Position numbers and translations under genes: made by a program. From contig CAXTEW010000001.1 of the NCBI GenBank assembly GCA_964243175.1, positions 1 through 35,744 on the forward strand: 35,744 nucleotides of DNA. Reading direction: 5' to 3'. The notes below the pieces were generated by a model. It did no database searches, was not told the origin of the DNA, and worked only from the letters and a program-made list of their open reading frames with translations. Below, one piece after another: positions 27,025 through 35,744 of the stretch (positions within the stretch are counted from its first letter, which is position 1; each line of letters begins with the position of its first letter). Source of the DNA: an uncultured Acidobacteriaceae bacterium. Its GTDB lineage: Bacteria > Acidobacteriota > Terriglobia > Terriglobales > Acidobacteriaceae.

Positions 27025-28920
27025 TCAGCTCGCGGCGACGACCTTGGGACCCCGCCGCGCGATGGTGCGGAGAATCGGCTGGAGGCGCTGCCAGGCGGCG
27101 TCCACGGTAACACCGTAGCGTTCGCGCAACTCATCCACTTTGCCATGCTCGATGAACTGGTCAGGCCAGCCGATGCGGACCACGGGCGTGACAATACCGG
27201 CCTGCTCCAGCTCCTCCAGGACAGCGCTGCCGAAGCCGCCGGCGAGTACATGATCTTCAAAAGTAACGACAGCCGCGGCGCGAGCCGCGTAGCGAAGCAG
27301 CAGCGCGCGGTCGAGCGGCTTGACGAAGCGCGGATTGATGACGGCAGCCGAGTAGCCGCGCTCGCGCAGCCGCTCCGCCAGCTCGACAGCCATGGGCAAC
27401 AGCGCACCCAGGCCGAAGATCGCGATCTCTTCGCCGTCCCTTACCACCTTCGCGCGGCCGATTTCAAGCGCCCGCGGCTCCGGCTTGAGTGCAACGCCGG
27501 GGCCGACGCCACGCGGGTAACGGATCGCGCTGGGACCCGCATGCTGCTTGGCCGTTAAGAGCATGTCGGCCAGCTCATCCTCATCTGCTGGGACCATGTG
27601 GACAATGTTCGGAATGGGGCGCAGGTAGCTGATATCGAACAGGCCGTGGTGGGTCGCGCCATCATCCCCGCTGAGAGAGCCACGATCCATGCAGAACACG
27701 ACAGGCAGGTTCTGCAGGCAGACATCGTGGACGATGGGATCGAAGGCCCGCTGCAGAAAGGTCGAATAGATGGCGCAGAAAGGCTTGTAGCCGCGCGTCG
27801 CCATGCCTGCGGCAAAGATGACTGCATGCTCTTCGGCGATGCCGACGTCGAAGTAGCGCGTGGGATGGTGAGGGCGGAAGAAGTCGAGTGCCGTGCCGTT
27901 CGGCATCGCTGCCGTGATCGCGACCACCTTGTCATCGGCGTCGGCGAGCTTGACCAGCGTATTCGCAAAGACCTCGGAGTAGGTCTGCTGGCCGCCCTGG
28001 TGAGTGTGGCCGGTCTCCGGGTCATAGGGGCCCAGGCCATGGAACTTCTTCTGGCCATCGAGCGCAGGCTGAAAGCCGCGACCCTTCTGGGTGATGACGT
28101 GGAGCAGCACCGGCCGATCCTGCTCCTTCAGAAACTGAAATGTTTCGATCAGCAGGCCGATATTGTGGCCATCGAGTGGACCGTAATAGGTCAGTCCAAA
28201 CTCCTCGAAGAAGCTCGAAGGGAAGACCATGCCCTTGGCGGCTTCCTCGGCGCGGCGTACCGCCTTGCGCGCAGCACGGCCGCCGATCCGCTCCACCAGG
28301 CGCGTGGCCCCGCTGTGCAGCGAGGTGACGTGATGGTTGGTCACGATTTTGTGCAGGTATTTCGCAATCGCGCCGACGTTGCGATCGATCGACCACTCGT
28401 TGTCGTTCAGCACCACGATCAGGCGTTTCGTCTGATCCGCGATGTTGTTCAATGCTTCGAAAGAGATGCCGTTGGTGAAGGCCGCATCCCCGGCCAGCGC
28501 CACGACGTGCTCGGTGCCGCCGGCGAGATCGCGCGCAACCGCCATACCCAGTGCGGCCGAAAGCGCCGTCCCGGCATGCCCGGCGCCATAGCTGTCGTGC
28601 TCACTCTCCGAGCGCAGCATGAAGCCGTTCAGCCCGCCGCCCTGGCGAATGGTGTCAAAGCGATCCTCGCGGCCGGTCAGCAGCTTGTGCACATAGGATT
28701 GGTGGCTCACGTCGAAGACGAAGCGGTCTTCCGGCGTGGAGAAGACATAGTGCATGGCCAGGGTGAGCTCGACGACGCCGAGGTTGGGCCCCAGGTGCCC
28801 GCCGGTCTTCGAAAGCGACACGATCAGCCGCTCGCGGATCTCCTGCGCCAGTTCTTCAAGCTCCGGGACGGAAAGCTTCCTGATGTCAGCCGGGGACTGG
28901 ATGGTGCCAAGTCGAGTCAT
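27025..28920 (-). CDS. dxs: 1-deoxy-D-xylulose-5-phosphate synthase
   Basis: GGHLGPNLGVVELT, DVSHQSYVHK, GDAA...LNDN (TPP motif), DVGIAEEHAV, IYSTFLQR, DGATHHG and IRYPRG. Confidence 0.97.
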   Translation of the reverse strand: MTRLGTIQSPADIRKLSVPELEELAQEIRERLIVSLSKTGGHLGPNLGVVELTLAMHYVFSTPEDRFVFDVSHQSYVHKLLTGREDRFDTIRQGGGLNGFMLRSESEHDSYGAGHAGTALSAALGMAVARDLAGGTEHVVALAGDAAFTNGISFEALNNIADQTKRLIVVLNDNEWSIDRNVGAIAKYLHKIVTNHHVTSLHSGATRLVERIGGRAARKAVRRAEEAAKGMVFPSSFFEEFGLTYYGPLDGHNIGLLIETFQFLKEQDRPVLLHVITQKGRGFQPALDGQKKFHGLGPYDPETGHTHQGGQQTYSEVFANTLVKLADADDKVVAITAAMPNGTALDFFRPHHPTRYFDVGIAEEHAVIFAAGMATRGYKPFCAIYSTFLQRAFDPIVHDVCLQNLPVVFCMDRGSLSGDDGATHHGLFDISYLRPIPNIVHMVPADEDELADMLLTAKQHAGPSAIRYPRGVGPGVALKPEPRALEIGRAKVVRDGEEIAIFGLGALLPMAVELAERLRERGYSAAVINPRFVKPLDRALLLRYAARAAAVVTFEDHVLAGGFGSAVLEELEQAGIVTPVVRIGWPDQFIEHGKVDELRERYGVTVDAAWQRLQPILRTIARRGPKVVAAS

Positions 28921-29007
28921 CGTGAGCTCCTACGCAATGCTGGGAGGGCAGGCAGTTCACCTGCTTGGACTGCTCTCGCGCAAGAACGGCGTTTTCCCTG
29001 ACCTCGA

Positions 29008-29016
29008 AGTATACCA
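29008..29016 (-). promoter_or_regulatory. Extended -10 promoter element upstream of dxs
   Basis: TGGTATACT (TGn+TATACT) on the minus strand, 87 nt upstream of the dxs ATG. Confidence 0.45.
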
Positions 29017-29048
29017 GTCTGCCCACTGCGGCCTGGCCGGGGAGTGGG

Positions 29049-29557
29049 TCAGTTGGAATCCACCCTTGCTGCATGGCCGACCAGCCCGGCCTTGCTGACT
29101 CCTGCTTGGACGTTGGTGTGTTCGTCGCAGCAGGCCGGAGCGCAGCACGCGGTCTCGGCAATCGGAGCTTGTTCGGGCAGGTTGTCCTGGAGGACTACAA
29201 AAACTTCCCATTCGTTTCCGTCCGGGTCTTTGACCCAGGTCTTGTCTTGGGTCGCATAACAACAGTTTGTCTGCATCTCGTCGCGAGTGACCAAGCCACG
29301 CTCGTGCCATTGCTGCCGTATCGCCAATACATCTTCCGTAGAGGAGACCTGGAATCCTAAATGGGAGAGGGCACCGGCTTCTTGGAAGGCATGCTGGTTC
29401 AGAGTGAAGTTGAGCGGCGGATTGAAACGTCGAATTTTGCGTAACCGGCGCGGACTTTGGATGGCTCCACGCCGAAGAGATTGCGGTAAAACTCGATGCT
29501 GGTTGGAACATCGCGAACGTTGATCGCGAGGTGCGGCTTGAGGAATTGCACTTCCAT
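29049..29557 (-). pseudogene. arsI: ArsI/CadI-family glyoxalase-like metalloenzyme (C-As lyase type), frameshifted
   Basis: MEVQFLKPHLAINV...YAKFDVS continues after a 1-nt gap near 29422 as (N)PPLNFTLN...LSHLGFQV...TNCCYATQDKTWVKDPDGNEWEVF...CCAPACC. The break may be a sequencing error. Confidence 0.85.
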
Positions 29558-29568
29558 ATGCCCGCCTC

Positions 29569-29631
29569 TATATGCGGTGAGGCAAATATATATATCTTGG
29601 CGCAAACATGCGTCAAAGCATATATTTCGGT
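29569..29631. promoter_or_regulatory. Overlapping divergent ars promoters with probable ArsR operator(s)
   Basis: AT-rich spacer; TTGGCG-18-TATATT toward arsR and TTGACG...TATATA toward arsI; imperfect dyad TTGGCGCA/TGCGTCAA flanked by ATATAT. Confidence 0.5.
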
Positions 29632-30048
29632 ATGGCAAAGATGGTTGCATTCGATATGGAGCGGTTCTTCCAGGCATTAGGTGACAACACCCGCCTGCGA
29701 CTCCTAAACCTGATGGGCAGCCAGGAGTTGTGCGTCTGCTACTTCGTGGAAGTCCTGGGACAAGCTCAACCCAAGATTTCTCGACATTTAGCTTACCTGC
29801 GGAGTGCTGGAATCGTCGCCGCCCGTCGGGAGGGAACCTGGATGCACTACCGGATTGTGCCCCCTCCTCATGCGGGAGCGGCGAAAATTCTTCGGCAAAC
29901 GCTCGATTGGCTTAATCAAGACAGGAGCATGCAGGCCGATAGTTCGCGGCTCGCAAAAGCTTGCTGCACCCCGGAAAAGTTTCGCGGGTTGCAAGGTGCT
30001 CCCCTACCATCCCCCATAGAAAGCTCCGTTTTCAGTGAGGCGCTTTGA
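29632..30048 (+). CDS. arsR: ArsR/SmtB-family arsenic-responsive repressor
   Basis: [32 protein letters not shown] and RREGTWMHY; upstream of acr3. Start may be 29632 or 29641. Confidence 0.93.
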   Translation: MAKMVAFDMERFFQALGDNTRLRLLNLMGSQELCVCYFVEVLGQAQPKISRHLAYLRSAGIVAARREGTWMHYRIVPPPHAGAAKILRQTLDWLNQDRSMQADSSRLAKACCTPEKFRGLQGAPLPSPIESSVFSEAL

Positions 30049-31172
30049 TGATGCCACCAGTGCTCTCAACTCAGGGCCGGACCTGCACTCCGGTTGCTCG
30101 TAAAAAGCTTTCGTTTCTCGACCGCTTTCTGACACTCTGGATCTTTCTCGCCATGGCAGTAGGCGTGGCTGTCGGTCACTTCGTCCCTGCGACGGCTGGT
30201 CTTGTGAACCGCTTTCAAAGCGGCACGACCAACATGCCTATCGCTATCGGGCTCATCATCATGATGTTCCCGCCGCTGGCAAAGGTGCAATACGAAAAGC
30301 TGGGCGAAGTTTTTCGGAACAAAAAGGTTTTAGGCCTCTCGCTCGTGCAGAACTGGCTTATCGGGCCGGTGCTGATGTTCCTGCTGGCCATCTTGTTTCT
30401 ACGCGGCGAACCGGCGTACATGCGTGGCCTGATCCTGATTGGTATCGCCCGCTGTATCGCGATGGTGTTGGTGTGGAACGAGCTGGCCGAGGGGGATACG
30501 GACTATGTTGCCGGTCTGGTTGCGATCAACAGCGTGTTTCAGGTGCTGTTCTACAGCCTCTACGCCTGGTTCTTCCTAAGCGTCCTGCCGAAGTGGTTCG
30601 GTCTGCAAGGAAGTGCCGTGCCAGTCGGAATCGCAGACATCGCCAAGAGCGTCGGTCTCTACCTTGGCTTTCCGTTCTTGGCTGGCTTCCTGACTCGCTT
30701 TGTTCTGGTTCGCGCGAAGGGAGAGGAGTGGTATCGCAGTCGATTCGTTCCCCGCATAAGTCCTCTTACGTTGATCGCGCTGCTTTTCACCATCCTGGTG
30801 ATGTTTTCCCTCAAGGGTGACCTGATCGTGCGGCTTCCGCTCGATGTCGTCCGCATTGCGGTCCCGCTAGTCATCTATTTCCTCATCATGTTCCTGGTGA
30901 GTTTCTGGATGGGTAAAAAGCTTGGAGCCGACTACGCCCAGTCGGCAACCCTGTCCTTTACGGCGGCTGGGAACAACTTCGAGCTGGCGATTGCCGTGGC
31001 CGTGGCGATCTTCGGCCTCAACTCGGGTGAGGCGTTTGTCGGCGTAGTCGGGCCTTTGATCGAGGTGCCAGCCCTGATTGGGTTGGTCAACGTCGCCTTC
31101 TGGATGCGGCTGCGGTATTTCACCGTGGGAGAGACGCCGTTTACGGTTCACCCGGTCGAAGATGCTCCCTAA
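30048..31172 (+). CDS. acr3: Acr3-family arsenite efflux transporter
   Basis: [40 protein letters not shown] and GPLIEVP; TGATG overlap with arsR. Confidence 0.96.
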   Translation: MMPPVLSTQGRTCTPVARKKLSFLDRFLTLWIFLAMAVGVAVGHFVPATAGLVNRFQSGTTNMPIAIGLIIMMFPPLAKVQYEKLGEVFRNKKVLGLSLVQNWLIGPVLMFLLAILFLRGEPAYMRGLILIGIARCIAMVLVWNELAEGDTDYVAGLVAINSVFQVLFYSLYAWFFLSVLPKWFGLQGSAVPVGIADIAKSVGLYLGFPFLAGFLTRFVLVRAKGEEWYRSRFVPRISPLTLIALLFTILVMFSLKGDLIVRLPLDVVRIAVPLVIYFLIMFLVSFWMGKKLGADYAQSATLSFTAAGNNFELAIAVAVAIFGLNSGEAFVGVVGPLIEVPALIGLVNVAFWMRLRYFTVGETPFTVHPVEDAP

Positions 31173-31366
31173 CCTGTCAACTCAGGGCGGTTGGTCGTTG
31201 GTCCCGGGAAGTCGCATTGTGGGAAGCAATCGGGGTTGTTCCCGGATTACGCGTTGATGGAAACTATGAATTCAAACTGACCCACTACCAGATGCCGACC
31301 GCCCGCGCACATGCCTTTCCGCCGCAGATGGCAGTGGGCCCAAGTCACGGCGGGTGAAGCGAGGGA

Positions 31367-32836
31367 CTACTCGGCTGGATTCGCGTGGAGGGAGTCCAGA
31401 GGCAAAACCAGCGCGGCGGTTTCCGGTGCCGGCATCTCGGACCCCAGCACGCCTTCCCACTTCGCGATCACCACCGCGGCCAGGCAGTTGCCCGTGACAT
31501 TGATCACGGTGCGGCCCATGTCCATCAGCGCGTCAATGCCGAGGATGAGAAAGATCGGACCCTCCGGCAGGTGGAACGCACTGGCTGTCGCGAGCAGGAC
31601 GACCAGCACCGCGCGCGGCACCCCAGCGACTCCCTTGCTGGTGAGCATCAGCACCAGGAGCATGCCGGTCTGCGCGCGCCAGCCCAGCTGCATCCCGGCG
31701 GCCTGCGCGACAAAGATGGAGGCGATGGCCAGGTACAGCGCCGAACCGGCCAGGTTGAAGCTGTAGCCGGCGGGAATGACAAAGCCGGTGATCCGGCGCG
31801 GCACACCAAAAGCCTCCATCGCCTCCATGGCACGTGGCAGGGCGGCTTCGCTGGTGCTGGTGGCGAAAGCTATGGTTGAGGGTTCTGCGACGGCCCGCAG
31901 AAAAGCGAAGACAGGCACTCTTGCCAGCAGCGCGGCAGGGATCATGGCGAGCAGGACGAACGCAAACAACGCCACGTAGAGCGTCAGCAGCAGGCGCCCG
32001 AGATTAGCCATGACGCCCATCCCGGCGCTGGCAACCGTGTAGGCCAGCGCGGCGCCCACGCCCAGCGGTGCAAGGTACATGACCACGTTGGTGAAGGCGA
32101 ACATGGTTTCTGTCAGCGACTCGACCAGTGCCAGCATGGGCGCGCGGCGCGGTGCCGGTACCTGTCGCAGGGCCAGGCCAAACAGCAGGGCGAAGACGGC
32201 GACTTCAAGGATCTGGCCATCCGCAACGGCCTTCGCGATGTTCTCCGGAAAGACGCGCAGCAGGAAGGCCTGCCAGGTGCCGGCATCCGCTGCCTGGGCT
32301 GTCTGGACGGCCGCATGCGCCTGCGTGGCGGCGCCGACGCCTACACCCACACCGGCGCGGGAGAGGTTGATCGCAATCAGCCCGATCGCGAGTGCGACCG
32401 TGGTCAGCACCTCAAAGTACACCAGCGATTTCCAGGCCAGGCGGCCGACGCTGCCCTGTTTGCCCGCGTGCCCGGCGATCCCGGTCACCAGCGTGCCGAA
32501 GATCAGCGGCGCAACGATGCACTTGATCAGCCGCAGGAAGATGTCGGAAAAGACGCGCGAGGCAAGCGCCGCATGCGGAAGGTCGAGCCCGAACTCTACC
32601 CCGGCAAGCATGCTCCAGAAGATCCAGGGAGTGAGCGAGCGCCGTTGCGCGGTCCAGAGCGCCAGGACAAGGAGACCAGCGAGACGGCACGGCAGCGCCA
32701 GCAGACTCGCTCCGGGGCCGTGGGCCATCGTGAGGCCGGCCACCCAGAGCGAGAGCGCCGCGACCACAAGCCAGGGCGAGTACTGTTGTCCGCCGCTGCC
32801 TGATTGCTCGCCAGATGCTGGAAAAGATGGGCTCAC
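31367..32836 (-). CDS. Dicarboxylate/amino acid:cation symporter (DAACS, GltP/DctA-like)
   Basis: FLRLIKCIVAPLIF, FATSTSEAALP, GYSFNLAGS, LTSKGVAGVPRA and MDMGRTVINVTGN; GTG start inferred. Confidence 0.93.
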   Translation of the reverse strand: MSPSFPASGEQSGSGGQQYSPWLVVAALSLWVAGLTMAHGPGASLLALPCRLAGLLVLALWTAQRRSLTPWIFWSMLAGVEFGLDLPHAALASRVFSDIFLRLIKCIVAPLIFGTLVTGIAGHAGKQGSVGRLAWKSLVYFEVLTTVALAIGLIAINLSRAGVGVGVGAATQAHAAVQTAQAADAGTWQAFLLRVFPENIAKAVADGQILEVAVFALLFGLALRQVPAPRRAPMLALVESLTETMFAFTNVVMYLAPLGVGAALAYTVASAGMGVMANLGRLLLTLYVALFAFVLLAMIPAALLARVPVFAFLRAVAEPSTIAFATSTSEAALPRAMEAMEAFGVPRRITGFVIPAGYSFNLAGSALYLAIASIFVAQAAGMQLGWRAQTGMLLVLMLTSKGVAGVPRAVLVVLLATASAFHLPEGPIFLILGIDALMDMGRTVINVTGNCLAAVVIAKWEGVLGSEMPAPETAALVLPLDSLHANPAE

Positions 32837-32966
32837 CGCCCCAGCATAGTGCAGGCGACGCTTCGTGCGTGGGTGCTGATTCGTCCGCGACCGGCTGCCT
32901 TGCCCCTGGCGCAAATGTCACGCGAGTGACCACCGGCCGCGCAGGCCGTCTGGCTTCTGCTACAAG

Positions 32967-34982
<2,016 letters not shown>

Positions 34983-35277
34983 GGGGCGGGGAAGACCTTT
35001 CAGCGCGGATCACGCATTGTGCCCGCGAACCGGGGCACAAGCCTCCACAGTAAAGCTGCCCGCATCCGGCAGGCAAGCGACCGGCCCTGGGCACGCGCCC
35101 TTCGGGCACTTACTTCTGTTGCATTGTTTCCTCTGGGGTGACTCCGGTACAAGGGTCGGGAGGGTTCTGGTCCGCGCTTTCGAGATTTCTCCTGCGAGTT
35201 GTCTCCAAGGAGTTAGCTCAAAGGCATCAGAGTACATCGGTTGCACAAGCTGAGCAGAAAAGAAGGGCGCTGTCCTC

Positions 35278-35744
35278 ATGAGTCAAGTTTCTTTGTTGGA
35301 CCGGGAACGCACGGTTGCCCCTCCCGGCTACAGTCGATGGCTCGTTCCGCCGGCGGCGCTTGCCATTCACCTGGCTATCGGCCAGGTTTACTCGTTCTCC
35401 ATTTTCGTCAAGCCGCTGCTGGGTCTGCATGACGCCAGCGGGGCGAGCTGGAGCCAGAAGCAGATCGGCTACATCTTTTCTCTTGCGATCGCGGTCCTGG
35501 GTATCTCCGCCGCGCTGTTCAGCGGGTGGCTCGAACGCGCCGGTCCCCGCAAGGTCCTGTTTGTTTCGGCGATCTGCTTTGGACTGGGCTTCCTTGTTTC
35601 GGCGCTCGGCGTGCAAATGCACTCGCTTGCGCTGGTCTACCTGGGCTACGGAGCCATCGGCGGGGTAGGTCTGGGGCTCGGCTACATCGCCCCCGTGGCA
35701 ACGCTGATCCGCTGGTTCCCGGAACGGCCGGGACTGGCCACCGG
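35278..35744 (+). CDS. OFA/monocarboxylate-type MFS transporter (3' end runs off window)
   Basis: Manual translation MSQVSLLDRERTVAPPGYSRWLVPPAALAIHLAIGQVYSFS...WLERAGPRK...GGVGLGLGYIAPVATLIRWFPERPGLAT. Confidence 0.9.
   Translation, partial: MSQVSLLDRERTVAPPGYSRWLVPPAALAIHLAIGQVYSFSIFVKPLLGLHDASGASWSQKQIGYIFSLAIAVLGISAALFSGWLERAGPRKVLFVSAICFGLGFLVSALGVQMHSLALVYLGYGAIGGVGLGLGYIAPVATLIRWFPERPGLAT

Larger units (their letters stand above)
29040..31289. mobile_element. Non-autonomous inverted-repeat-bounded cassette carrying arsI-arsR-acr3
   Basis: GGGAGTGGGTCAGTTGGAATCCA (29040-29062) versus the reverse complement of 31267-31289, GGTAGTGGGTCAGTTTGAATTCA: 20/23 identical. Interior visibly more AT-rich than flanks; no mobility gene inside. 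Confidence 0.7.

Noticed and set aside
29021-31339. Outer 9-bp inverted match GCCCACTGC (29021-29029) / GCAGTGGGC (31331-31339) around the ars cassette
   Set aside because: Short, GC-rich and asymmetrically placed relative to the 23-bp repeats (10 versus 41 nt); compatible with chance.
35085-35125. GGCAC...TTGC resembling a sigma54 promoter between acs and the MFS gene
   Set aside because: The GG-to-GC spacing does not fit the strict -24/-12 geometry.

Overview
High-GC bacterial chromosomal window; protein style and repeat families suggest Acidobacteriaceae (inference). Positions ~1-24.4 kb carry a minus-strand division/cell-wall (dcw) cluster, mraZ-rsmH-ftsL-ftsI-murE-murF-mraY-murD-ftsW-murG-murC-ftsQ-ftsA-ftsZ (no murB or ddl), followed by a stand-alone secreted transpeptidase-domain protein, nnr and tsaE. 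The cluster is interrupted by a DinB-family gene, an opposite-strand secreted Gly/Tyr-rich protein gene and three families of palindromic repeats. The rest holds DUF2127-like, fasciclin and SRPBCC genes, dxs, an arsenic cassette (frameshifted arsI, arsR, acr3), a DAACS symporter, acs and the start of an OFA-type MFS transporter. Most notable: (1) the 2.25-kb ars cassette is exactly bounded by 23-bp inverted repeats with no transposase and no target duplication; (2) two ~215-bp fold-back elements flank mraY in opposite orientation; (3) a four-box MraZ operator abuts a sigma70 promoter. Clustered substitutions in ftsZ and murF look like base-calling errors, so single-base details need read-level checks.
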